Positions 1 through 12,700 of a stretch of 38,744 nt of DNA are shown one piece after another (positions within the stretch are counted from its first letter, which is position 1; each line of letters opens with the position of its first letter). The notes under the pieces are model-generated. The model made no database searches. It was not told the DNA's origin and saw only the letters and a list, made by a program, of their open reading frames with translations. The DNA is from Choristocarpus tenellus KU-1152 (lineage: Eukaryota > Protista > Phaeophyceae), in the NCBI GenBank assembly GCA_964200185.2, contig CAXNAD020000034.1, positions 1 to 38,744 on the forward strand. The letters run 5' to 3'. Both the position numbers and the translations under genes were made by a program.

Positions 1-3000
1 AGTTACAGGAGATAAAAAGGAAGATTGTACACATCATGGCACCATGCCACTTGCACTCCCTGACAGAGTGGCTACAGAAGGGTGTGATCGTTTGGGATTA
101 TGCCATGGGAAGTGGGGGCCTGGCAAGTTGAAGACAGACTGTGAGACTGGGCAAACTGGAGCAGGGGTGCATGTGGCACAAGCGGAGAGGTCAGAGGATA
201 GAGTTATTTGTGGGGAGAAGGTGAAGTGTATGAATGTGTCTGATGTCCCATATGAAGATAATGGGAAGGAGGGTAGTGGAGGGCTTGAAGAAGAGTGTTC
301 TGTGGTGGAAGGTGCCTGCAGTTCGGGCTGGTTGTGTTCACCTTTGGGTGTTGCAAATCTGCAGGGTGATGGCATCCAGTGTCCTAGTTTGAGGTGAGTT
401 GCTTTCAAGAATATGGTTGTTGCATTGGGTACTTGGCATGAACGAAGGGGATCTTCTGTTGTGTCCCCTCCCTCCCTCCCTCCCTCCCTCCCTCCCTCCC
501 CCCCCCCCTCCCCTCCTCAAACTGCGCCATGATAGTAGTTGTTGATATATAACTGAATCTACTACTTGATGGAGGTACCTCTGGTCATGAAATCACTCAC
601 TGATAATAGTGATAAAATATAAGTGATTGTTAATTGTTTTTGTTGCTTCTTCACTTTAGGGTTAGGGTGACTATATTGTGACTATATTGTTTTTGGGGAC
701 TATCCTTACATGTGGTCAAAGGCACTGCTCACTGCACACTACAGTACTTCTCACATTATCAATATATTTGTATTTATATCTATTTATAGCGTGATTCTCT
801 CTTGCATTGGGATTGGTTGAACTCTATTTATGCCTTAATTCTTTTAATGTTAGGTTCCGCCATCTCATCTCTTGTCACTCTGCCTCCTCCCTACAATTTT
901 GTGCTTGATCCGCCTTGTTGTTCCACAATAAAGCCTTTTTGCCTCATTTGGGCTTCCAGGATTTTTTTATGAATATTACAGGTTTATAATCCTTAGTGCT
1001 TGCTAGGTGAATGTTGGATCATTGAAAAAGATTGCCCTGAAGAGGAATCTGGTAGAGGAGATTCGACCTTTGAAATTGATGCAGGGACCACCATCCATTA
1101 ATCAACAAGCTACATGGAGAGATTGATTGGTGCATACCTCTCTCTACTGTTGGTTTTTCACAACATCAATAATACCAATATGTAGGGAGTTCAGGGTTGA
1201 GGACTGCTGTCTGCTGCTGTCTGCTGCTGTCTGCTGCTGTCTGCTGCTGTCTGCTGCTGTCTGCTGCTGTCAACTCTATCTGACCCAACACCCTCCACAT
1301 ACGATCATATGATGTTAAACTCGCCTTTATCTTCTTTATCTTGATGGGGTTGCACAGTGACCGCTCTGCTATTCCAGGGGTTTGCTCTAGGTGTGTGAAA
1401 TATGTTAGTCCGCCATATGAAGGTTCAGGGACAATTATACAACCGGAGGGTGCACCACCTCCTATGTTGTCATCTAGGAAGGGGAAGAAGGGCTTCTTTG
1501 ATCTGTCTGAAGCAGCACATACTGAGGCTTCCATGGAGGAAGAGAAGAGATGTTGTGAGGATAACAAATGTAATAATGGTGTGGAGAAAGAGGCCCCACC
1601 CATGTCTCATGTTGCCTTGGGGGTGGAGGACAGGACAGCTGCAGAGTTTTTCCCGGCACACCGGATGGTGTTATCACTTAGGAGCCAACCCATGAGAGCA
1701 ATGTTCCACAGTGGTAAGTGAATACTATACCTTGTTCACATTATCAAATTTATCACATTTAGATACTGTACACGAGAAAAACTAGTACCAGCAATACATA
1801 CACATACATACATACACATAACACACACACGCACACGCACACACTTGGATAATTGGATATTTGATAATGGCCTTTGCATGGATTGAATGCAATGGGGAAA
1901 TCTAAGGTGCGGGTTGATTTTAGACAAGGTGTCTTGCGTCAGAGGGGATGTAGCTTAGACAAGGCATGAAGGACAGTTTGTAGTAATTGGTTAGGAGGGA
2001 GGAGCAATGCAATATGCAATAAGTAAAAGGTGTTTGGAGGTTTCTTGTCTGTATACTGGTCTAACTTGATAAATAACTTCAGTATGATCTTTTCACTGTA
2101 AAGCTTTTGAAAGGTCATGATTTGGTCTTGTTATTATTGTTATTGAATGCATGCCTCAGCACCAAGAGAAGTCATGAGTGTATGCTGTCACTAGGGTATT
2201 GTATTGTTGTACCTCTTCACTTGTTCCTGATTTTGTCATTTGGTTTGTTCCTGGTTGGAAGCGAGAAACCTGCCTCAAGAGCTTTGATTTGTATGCATGA
2301 GAAATCAATGTATTGTGTTGGAAATATCCTTTGATTATTGGTAGGTCCAATGTAGCTTCTATAGCACTGAGTATAAGCTACATATTGGACAAGGTGTGCT
2401 ACTTTTCATTTCTTTCCCTACAACAGGGGCTATCATGGTTTAGATCCATTGTCTCCTGCTCTGTGAGATACTGCACTTTGAAGCTGTATTCAGACAGCAA
2501 AAACGATTGGTAACTGCCGATACATATTCACCTTTCCTCTCCATTTGTATCGTTTGTACTGATCCCTTCTGTGAGGATTAGAGCTCAAACCATTATTTTC
2601 ATCAAATTTTGTTGAAAAGATAAATCGTTTCATGTAGTTTAGTGGACTCTTTTTAGAGGGAGGGAAATCAACAACACAAAAGGTCATCCTCTCACCTCAC
2701 GGCGTGGTGGAGTTCTTGCCATATATTCATTCCTGCTGACACTGTCAATCAACCTTTTTCCTTACCGATAGGAATGCGAGAAACGCTGTCTGTCGAGGTA
2801 CTGGTCAAGGACATCCGCCCTCCAGTGTTTGAGGCACTTCTCACCTACCTGTATACTGATACATTGCAGATGCAGCAACCGGAAGACATAATGGAGTTGC
2901 TTGTTGTTGCTAACCAAGTGAGATAATAACTAGTGTGGAATATCATAGGGTTAAACTGACTTGTGAGTTAGATTATCAGTACATGTGCTACTGATATCAC

Positions 3001-4315
3001 TCTTTCCCAAAGGTGGACGTTCCAATTCATGTTTTCTTGAGATGCTAGGGGCTTGGTTTTGTCCTGAGAATGTGTGTCTAAGGATTGGTGTTGCCAAGCA
3101 ATTGTCAGCACTGGTTTGTTGCAGCCATAGTTGAGTAGTGCAGAAAGTCAGTAGTGTTTTTATACTAGAATACGTAAGAGTATTACCAATCCTGTCACAC
3201 AGCCAATGTAATCAGAAGGCACGGCACCAGGTGTGGGGGGGGGAAGCAATGGTCCAAACCTGATGTCCCCTTTGCTCATGCATCTAACTGTGCTTGATCA
3301 GTACACTCTGGATGGGCTTACTTCACTTTGTGAGGGTTTCCTACAAGGAGTGATAGATGAAGATAATGCAGCAACACTGTACCACTATGCAGATGCACTG
3401 GGGATGACAACATTTGAGCACCGGGTGCTGACATTTATCCTGCAAAGGTGGAGGAATGTGACCAGGTATAATTGTACTTCAAACCTCATTGAGAGTACAA
3501 AGGACAAGTAGGGTATGTAGATGGAAGTTTCCCAAATAAGTGTGCCACACTTTTTCAAGTGATCCGTGTGCATCTTTGCACTTGTTCAGAATTGGGTGAT
3601 TTTGTGTATGACTTCTTTGAATATTGTTCTGGAATACACCTCAGTACTTTTCCTCTTTGTGCTATACTTTTGTATACTAAGATCTGAAGCTTGGACACGG
3701 CTTCCATGTGAGCTCCATGACAGGATCGTCCACTTTCGGAGAAGAGGGACACATATCTTCATGGTTCTACTGGAAGCTTACCCTGTAAGTATCATGCAGT
3801 TTTTGTGTACTGTAGGTGTAGTGGCCAAGTCAAACATTACCATCAACCATCATTTTGTCAATATTGAACCAATGAACGTATTTTTTCATGTACTAACTCA
3901 TATAAGCACCTCAACGCCTGCATCAAGTTCTTCACTTTTCAAGTGATTTGCATCCTCTTTTTCCTATTTTCCGGTTGTCTCTGATAAATTGCTGGACCTA
4001 ACTTTGTACTCTGTACAATAAAATCTGTAACAGCTGCCAAACAATAGGATTGCTTCAAGCAACCATGTCAAGGGCTGCCTTGCAGCTTCCTCCTCATCTG
4101 CAAAATATAAAGATGTGCAGATTGGGTCAGCTGCAAGAGAGTTACGGGGTTCTCATGGATGGAATAAAAAAAATAGTGGGAAGGAAGATGATGACAAACA
4201 GCTCACAGGAGAGGAGGGTGGCTCCACTGAAGAGGGTTCGGGCTATTATACCCCTAGAAGCAGCATGAGTTCCGCTGAGTTTGAGGATGCACGTGATTGG
4301 GAAGACCCAGAATGA
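1..4315 (+). CDS. BTB/POZ domain protein with BACK-like helices, 5'-partial, spliced
   Basis: Phase-consistent exons <1-393, 1358-1713, 2772-2917, 3302-3465, 3682-3784, 4121-4315 with GT-AG introns. Spliced protein contains SHVALGV...FFPAHRMVLSLRSQPMRAMFHSGMRET...DIRPPVFEALLTYLYTD...MELLVVANQYTLDGLTSLCEGFL...NAATLYHYAD, the classic BTB plus BACK signature, then an acidic C-terminal tail. Choice of last exon is less certain. Confidence 0.88.
465..518. repeat. (CCCT)n/C-rich microsatellite, intronic
   Basis: ccctccctccct... run visible directly. Confidence 0.95.
656..688 (+). repeat. (TTAGGG)2 followed by an 11-bp tandem duplication (GTGACTATATT)2
   Basis: ttagggttagggtgactatattgtgactatatt. 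Confidence 0.8.
1204..1271. repeat. 10-bp minisatellite (CTGCTGCTGT) x~6.5, intronic
   Basis: Perfect tandem units 1211-1270 plus a partial unit. Confidence 0.95.
1794..1844. repeat. (CATA)n/(CA)n compound microsatellite
   Basis: Visible directly in intron of BTB gene. Confidence 0.85.
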
Positions 4316-5449
4316 CAAGGTGTAAATATCACTTGTGGTAGGAAGGAAAGCAGAGGTCTGTATCAGCCCCTCTGTTAGTTTGCTTTGTGTGCCTTGTCCC
4401 CTCCTTACAGCTGGTTTGGATTAAGGTGATTGCCTCTTGTATATGACTCCTTGTCTTGTCAATATTGTGTCAAAAGAAAGACCTACTCTACAGTAGGTGA
4501 CTCTTCACCCCATAATCTCGTGGGTGCACCTAAAATGAACAGTGTTGCTGTCGTTTGTGTTTGTGCTTTCTGTTGAAGAGATTATTGATGAGGGATGTGA
4601 GGGGAGACATAAAAGATGGGATGGAAGTATTTCAACTTTGTTGCCCGCTTTCCTCTGCAAACTTGGAAATTTTCACTACACATAGGAAGGAGTATGCAGG
4701 AGATTCATGGGATGCAACCTAGAATCTTGTGAGACAGGTCTCAGTGAAAATTGGGCACTACATGGTACATCCAGGGGTATTAACTGAAGCAAAAATCTCG
4801 AGACAACCATGGCAATATGGGTTGGGATTCTTAAGTTCGGGTTGAGTAACCACACCACGATACTGCCTCGAAGATTCGTGAAGATACACACTTAATACAC
4901 TCAATTACTTTTTATTGGACACAAGAGATTTATTTCTGGGGCATTCACTTCCATATCTCACACAGGGATGTGTCCCATTATAGGTTCAAGTTGTGCACAG
5001 ACAAGAGGTCATGTTGTACAGTCCAATCCATGCAACAGTTTTCACTATCATACAGCAGCTGCAACATAGCAAACTATTGTGAAAAAAAGGTTGATGTCCA
5101 TCAATTGTAAAGCAAGTTCTGGTTTTCTTTCATCCTTACAAACACTTTAGCAGTGAAATGGGCAAATAATTCACCACAGCCTGTTTCTACATTATCTTCT
5201 TCCTAATTACATTTTCCTATTCCAGTGACAAGTAGAATGCTCTTATCAGCACCTGTCAATGGCTTCTGAATACCTTAAGGTATTGTCTATATATATACCC
5301 CAGGTACTCGGCTAATTCTACAATCCTACATATCGTTGGTTTGGATATATATAATTAACTTTGCTTCTAGCTACTCAAAGAAGGTAGACATCAACAAAAA
5401 AAAGTATAGCTGGATGGACTACACCCAAGCGCACAAGATAGACCTATTT

Positions 5450-6420
5450 TTTCCCAAGCAAATTTTCCCAAGATATTACAGGTTGAATCAGTTTCTGTCC
5501 AGTTTGTTTAGTCACCACCTATTCATAAATCAGCTTTTATCCCTCTTTGATCGAAAATGCCATTTTGTAAAAATCAAAAAATAAATTGTTCTGTGTATTG
5601 GCCAAAGAAAATGACAGAAGTTGACATAATTGAGGTCCCTTGAAGAGAAGTTGGAAAAATATCGAAGTGCCATATTTTTTCAAATTCTCCAGAAAATGAG
5701 GGGCAACATTTTGATCTGGATGATTGCTCTGAACCACTCTCTGGGTCACCCTGTACCAACCTCTGGTCAGACCATTTGACGTTGAAGAAAATTTGTGTCC
5801 TAGTACCTTTGGTCCATGCATGCAATATTCATCACATTATGGATCTGTTTCTGGAAATGAGCACATCAAACAACTCATCATTGGATGTCTTCTATATTTT
5901 GATTGGTGTGAAATCATTTCGGGAAAGTTCTGGCACTATTACGGTAAAAAGTGTATCTGTTCAAAACCAGATTTGGAATCCTCTTCAACAGTTTCATCAG
6001 TTCTTGTTACATCATCCAATTTGAAACCTTTGTGATTTATTGCCCCAACCTCGTTTGTGACTATTGTCTGAACCAATTGTGAGCCAAAGTAAATGACAGG
6101 TACTCAGGTTTTGGAGCTTTGCATCTTAATCCAGTTTCACAATCTTTTGCAATTCACCCATATCTCTATGGAGGAAGTGCTAAGTTTGATTTGAGAGCAA
6201 TGATTTCTCTACATCTATTGTTCGAAACTTCTTGACAGAATCCACAAAATCCTATCCACATTAATAAAAAATGGAAAATTTGCATATATTTGTCAGCATC
6301 CTTAAAATGCACATAATGCAACTCTGAGTACCTCTCATTTACTTTGACTCTGTCAAGAGTAGCAGTTTTGTATTGAGTACAGAATATTCCGGACATGATG
6401 CACAAAAAGACTCTGCAAGT
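5450..6420 (-). pseudogene. Decayed intronless coding relic, possibly TE- or virus-derived, with chromo-like segments
   Basis: Long protein-like frames on - strand broken by TGA/TAG stops and frameshifts, e.g. ELHYVHFKDADKY and SIM**ILHAWTKGTRTQIFFNVKWSD..VTQRVVQSNHPDQNVAPHFLENL. Resemblance to chromo-family folds judged by eye only. Confidence 0.3.
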
Positions 6421-6787
6421 GATTGGGAATCTAAATTAGAGCAACATTGTCATATGAAACTATGTACCACTTAAGCCAGTATTAAGTTATTGGCCAAGTG
6501 ATGTGCAGAGTTCAAGCTGAATCCAACCTACAAAGGACAGACAAGAATAGGCGTCACTATTGACATAATATACTGCTGTGTGCCTAAGATAGATAGATAG
6601 CTACCTGTAGAACCATATTTGGAGACAGATCGGGTTCAAAAGCTGACTGGGCAGTATGAAGCATACTTGTAGGGTGCATGGTTTGCTTGTGGTGCTTGAG
6701 GATTCAGAGCAAAACACCAAAAGAGGTCAATTCACTCAAAACTTCTGGAATGTGTATTTTCTACTTGTATGGAAAAGCACTGACACT

Positions 6788-9700
6788 CTACCCTCGAAGG
6801 TCTGAAATGGTCAGTTCCAAATCTTCCAAAGCGTATTCCTCAGTGAACCCCCCTGCACCCTCTCTGTAAGCCATCTCCCCATCAGCACGCCCCCCACCAG
6901 AACCAATGCGTACAGATGTGAACCTTAGGGTTACAGATATTATTGAGCACAATGGTTGGGGTACAGAGGGATTAGAAATTACTCAACAATACAGAGCAGT
7001 TGTGGAAAGCCCAACATTGTACAGCCTGTAAATTGGGTGTAACTATCTGTAGGCGAAATTCAACCCAGCATTGAATGCAACAGGTTAAAAAATAAAGACC
7101 TGCATATGACTTGAAGTGTTGACAAACAAGACGTATTCCACAAGATCTGCATTAGTAACACAGACAGCAACATGAATTCAATATTTTAAAACCTTGTTTG
7201 CCAAAACTAGACAAGAAAATAGGTCAGGTCTGACATGGGTTTCTTACCACCAAGGTGTATTGAAATGGGAGTGTACTATGAAGTCAACAGGAGGTACTCT
7301 AGTTCCTCCAAGACTAGCGCATCTACATATTGCCAAGAGTCTACCTTGCGCAACACAAGTCATACCCACCCCGTAGGCTTAGTTGCACCACTACTTCTAT
7401 TGATACCGATGGTGGATACCTGTGCCATCACCATAGAAGCAAATACCCTATCAAAAGGGTAGGACAGTGCACCAATATTGCTCTCAATCACATCATATTC
7501 TCTCATCTGCCACAGCATTGTATCAAAGAGCAGAGCATTCACTCATATGCATGTAGTACTTGTGCAACAATTTAGCTCACAACCCACAAAAAATGTTAAG
7601 GACACAGTGGTATCACTTCAGAAAAACAGTTGAAATTCCTCACCTCAACTCGCACATGAACAGGGCTGGAGAGTCAACCATAACCGTTGACCTGCCAGAA
7701 GTACTAGCTGACGGAGAATGGGTCAGCACAGTGTAGCAAGAGCCGCTGCCATGAGGCGAGAGGGCTGGAAGGGGACGCTCTTCCTCAAGGACGTACAGAT
7801 CCAAGTCACTGTCTCATGGTAAGGGGGGCAACTATTAGCAGGCAGGCAATAGAGTGTGCACTCTAAGGCAGTCTTGGCTTCATCTCTGATATTTTGCAAC
7901 TTGAGAGGAAGTGATGAGTCACTTTTATTGAAAGCACTTTGCATATTTCAGTAAAAATGTTTTTCGTGTAGGAAGAAAAATGCCTTAGTGGATTGATTGC
8001 ATACATTTATTTTTTAAATAACTATATTATTATTTTTAATTCAACTGCAGCACAAACAAGTAAAATCAACCATGCACGAAATGTGACGAGTTGTTACGTG
8101 TCCATCCCCCCTTTGGGGGGTGAGATTTGGTGGTATGGATGGATGAGAATCTCTTGAATAGAACGCAATGCTTCTGATTTCTCCATATGAACATGAGAGG
8201 GAACAATGATTGACCAAGTCAAACTCAAACTCTCCAATTCAGTGAGATATTCTAAACATTTGTCCATGTCTTGCTGTAGATGAGTTGCTCAATACAGTAC
8301 CATAAACAAGGCAAATTGGTAGTTGAAGATATGCTCTTTGACATAAGTATGACAGGGTCAAAACTTCAGCGCTCGGAGAGAGAGAGAAACCACCTAAGGG
8401 CCAAGCCTCAGATCAGAGTCAGGAAAGCACAGTGTTTTCTAAACTGAGTGCTAATCTTTACACAATACAACAGCCATACAGTGTCAGTTACAATACATTC
8501 AGCCGTCTCTAACGACCAAGAGAGATGGTTTCTATAGTCACGGTCTTCTGGCATGACCTGTTCTCTATGCATGAACCTTAGCAAGAATTATCATGGTATA
8601 TTGTTTAAACACACTTACAACTTGGTTCTCACTAAACAGTTGGACTTGGTGCATTCTTTGAATTCTACTCTAACCAATCAATTAGTTCTAGTCATTGGGA
8701 AAACTTGACTGACGAAATTTGAAGGTACCTTTACCCTCACTAGGACTACTAGGTACCTTTACCCTCACTAGGACTACCTCACCTGCATTCAACTCGCACC
8801 AGTACCTTTAGCAGTCGCTGATCATTGAGGCTGTTTGAAACATTGAACTGCAACACCACATGAGACTCAAAAATGTGCTTCACACAGCTTACTCTGTGTT
8901 AAGAGGGCAAGAAGTTCTTCCATGTCAGATGAACAGCTGGGGGAAAGGGTAAAACTTGAAATATTGAATCTGAATATGAACCTGGTAGAAACGTCTTGAA
9001 CCCTGTGAATTGTTAACTTCTATTCAAAAACATTCGAAGGTCTTAATCGCACCTTTTGTGCAAGTTTACAACCTCTGTAATGTGTGACCATCAACAGTCA
9101 TTAAAAAGTCAACTTCTGCTACCTAAGGTCAACAGCAACAACCAGCGAAACACATACTGTACAACAAGTATACTGTACAACAAGTATACTGTACAACAAG
9201 TATACTGTACAACAAGTATACTATACAACAAGTGAAAGCATTCTTCAGCACCCTTTCCAAAAGAAATTCCATAAATTAGATGTTTTCTAGCATGTTGGCA
9301 CCCTCACCATAGCTCTAGATACTAAGGCTCATCATCATCTCACCCAAAATCAGCACTTGGATCTGTCAGATCAACCGCAGGGCATGTATGAACAAGCTTC
9401 CCAAGATGAGAAAAGGACGCCAGAGACAGCTCAGGTACACGGCTGACACGGCTCTGCAGTCTAATCATTTCATACTTGACATTGACATAGTCTGCACGAC
9501 ATAGTTGGTGTACAATCTGGAGAGGCAAGCAGAGGGCCCAGCCAGGAGGAGTTAGGCCTAGGTGGGTTGACAGGTTTGAGTATGCATTTTTCATTGATCG
9601 TCTGATTTGATCGCTACTCTGCACAATATATATAGATATAGATACATAGATACAGATACATAGATAAAGATACACAGATATATAACATTCAAACTAGAGA

Positions 9701-12700
9701 CTTCTGCAACCTATAGATGGTACCTCTGTGTTAACACCAACCCAATCCACACAACTACTTATTGACCAACAGCAAACCTCGCTAGGAACACACACCTGTT
9801 TTGTACGCTTCTGTGCATCTGCGTGGATGATAGCCGAGCTTAAAAATGGGAGCAATTGTGACACCGGAGTATCTGCAGGAAGAAGGGCCAATGCCTGATA
9901 CAAAATAGCAGATTGTAATAATGACATGACAATGGCAATGGGCCTTATTCATTCACTGTGGGATGCCATGACTTAAGCAGAGAAGGCAATGAGTGCACTA
10001 CATACAATAAATAAATAAATACTAAGTAAACGGAGCATGAGAACAAAATTAACTGCAACTATTAAAAATAAAAGATAGCTAACCCACAACTGTCACCCTA
10101 CAACATGCTTCCAAGAATTGTTGAGATTCTGGCTGTTGGCAAATTATCTTACCTTTAAAGGATCCACTCGAGGAAAATGTCGTGTCAGGAGCGATATAGC
10201 TGCTTCAAGTCCACCCTCCTCCTCGGCAACCATTATCCTCTCAGTCTTGTTATCCATACCTCTACCGATACCTGTCTCTGTCCCTTGGGTCTTGGTGGTC
10301 TTCTTCTGTGAGCTGGCCAGTGACAGGTAGACCTTGAGAAGATAGACATAGACACCAGTGTCATTGGCCCATTCATCTGCAAAATATGACAGCCCGTCAG
10401 CACCAAATCATGGCACAGGGTTAATAAGCATTATGCAGCACCTCCCCTAGGCAGAATATTGTATTATGCACTAGTAGGTGTTAGACCAATGGGAAGGGGA
10501 TGAGAGGAACTTGGACAGCATGTGTACCAATCACTCTCTGTACACGCCTACTAACGATGGTGTCACATAGAATCTGATTATATATTTGTTCAAGCCACAC
10601 TCTATGGTTAGGGTGTATATGAATTCTAGCAGAGTATACCCCGTGTAAACAGAATAAATCTTGCCACGCCAAAAATGCCTTTTTAATGCATTGGGAGATA
10701 TCTCTTCCCCTGTACCTCGTCACACTTTCTGTGTGAAGTGTGACCTAATGGGGTGTGAAACTTATGTGCCACCTGTCAATGTCACCGCATTACCTGATTC
10801 AGAGCCTGTCACACTATGCACATAACAGAAAATCCCTGCAAGTCATTCAAAAGGCAACAAAAAGAACGACTTATCTGAAAATTAAAAAAGAACGAAACAA
10901 CATTACTGACACTACTACTACTTGCCTGCACCCAGTGCCTCTCGTCCCTGAGCAGTGCTCCTCTCCCATATGCGAGCACAGTAAGCCTCTGCAACTTCCC
11001 TATCCTTAAGCTGTACAGAGAGGTAATGTGCTTGTTGAGGTTGGATTTTGTCAGTACTTGTACACTGGTCAAACACATCACCTCACCAACTCAAGATGCA
11101 TACTTGTACTAGTCATAACTCATCCAATCACATCAAACCAGACTAGGTACAAAGTCTACAAGCCAAAGTGTTGCCACATCTAACAAAGATTTCAATCCTA
11201 TTCCCAGCAACTGATCTCTGTATGACAGCACACATAATTAGAAGGGACATAATGCTGACCAAAAGTGTCATATAGTGTTTTATTGTTGGTGTCAAGTAAA
11301 AACAATACTTTGCACCTGTCGCACGTAGATCTGTAAAACTTCGTCATGCCTCCCCAGGCGACTCAACAACAGGGCATGCTCCTCCAGGAAGTGTGAGGGC
11401 ACAACAGCAAGCAGTCGTGCTGGGTTGTAGCTCTCACTTGTCTGCAATTTGAATCCACAGTACACAGAATACAATAGTGCAGCAGCATGTCATCTACACA
11501 AGATAGACTTGTAATACATAGAGGGATGGTGTTCAATTGACGAGTGAAACCCTAACCCTTGAAAAAAAGGCTGCAAGAAAACTTTTGTGACAAACCATTT
11601 TTAAAAAAAATAATGGAGGTGAGAGATAACACATCAATGAAAGTGGTGGCAATCCGAATCACTCGCAATAATCATAATAATAATCATAATAATAATCATA
11701 ATAATAATCATAATAACGATCAGTGACAAGTCACCAATAATGAAATATAGACTAGATTGAAGTACAAGATATTTGCACAAAGAGTTGTATCAAGCACCAT
11801 CAGGTTTAACAAAAAGTATAGAACACCAGCAAACCACACCTCCAAGTGTGTGGAACACATTGGAAGACATTCAGGGACATTTCACAAGCTTCTTGGAACA
11901 CCAAAAATTGTTTGGCCTCTTGATACTGTTGTAAGACAAACTAAGTAAGACAAACTAAGTAAGACAAAGTCACAAAAGACTAAGTAAGACAAAGTTGAAA
12001 AAATTATCCTCCTTTCCTTCAATATAAATAGAGTATTCAAAGTAAACTATACCCATTACACTGTTAAATATATGTCTATTTGCACGTTGACCCCTCTAAC
12101 ACATCCAACACAGACCTAGCCCATGCCAAGATGTGTAGGACATGGGACAATTCACACTGGACTTGATCACTATTAAAAACCAAAGCAAATGGTAAGTGCA
12201 AACATCACAATTGACTCGTCTTCACAACTAGGTTTAAATTATAATCCACACTGTACAATATATACATAATATCCCATACAGTTCTCCAAAACTAAATATT
12301 GCATTTTCATCAGAATGACTGCAATACTACAGCACCACAGATAAGAAGCTGTGCTGTATCAATATATATATATATCAAATAGTGCATCCACCTGTAAGAA
12401 ATGTTGTAGCTGTTGCCGGTATACTCCAGTAATGCTGAGGCCAGAAGTGCAGGTGGCCACAGATGCCCCATCTGCTTGGTTGAGGTCTTTCACTGCTCCT
12501 TGTTCCACCTGATGACAAAACACATCAAGTGCTTCATATTAATAGTGGGAGCGTCTACAATACTATCAATATCACTATCGACTCATATCAACTCATATCA
12601 ACTCATATCAACTAATATCAACTAATATCAACTCCATCAATAAATGAAGCAGGTTGTGTCCAGGCCAAAAAACAATCAACAAACTCAATAAAGGTAAGAT

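Larger units (their letters stand above)
6788..9450 (-). other. gamma-COP appendage Ig-like (beta-sandwich) domain encoded by the last 3.5 exons of the Vps39-like gene
   Basis: Spliced sequence VPEL..FSHLGKLVHTCPAVDLTDPSADFGVSCVKHIFESHVVLQFNVSNSLNDQRLLKVLVRVECSDLDLYVLEEERPLPALSPHGSGSCYTVL...ALFMCELRFT...GGFTEEYALEDLELTISDLRG*. It follows recalled gamma-COP motifs in order: IPEF..LG.L.KS...V.LTE.E.EY.V.C.KH.F..H.V.QF...NTLNDQ.L..V.V, G.CYT, F.C.LKF, GYEDEY.LEDLE.T..D. Confidence 0.85.

Noticed and set aside
976-1130. Additional BTB-gene exon near 1007-1129
   Set aside because: Frames from the 1007 acceptor hit stops, and exon <1-393 joins 1358 directly in phase; left unassigned
6788-8893. A separate gamma-COP gene or pseudogene downstream of VPS39
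   Set aside because: No trunk-domain exons or independent start; gamma-COP similarity begins inside exon 9516-9344, which also encodes the Vps39 terminal helix
9154-9233. CRISPR-like array
   Set aside because: Head-to-tail units without spacers in a eukaryotic intron; ordinary minisatellite
10719-10744. Hairpin GTCACACTT-N8-AAGTGTGAC (also CCCCCC-ttt-GGGGGG near 8105) as an RNA gene or Helitron end
   Set aside because: Short isolated stems are expected by chance; no other element hallmarks
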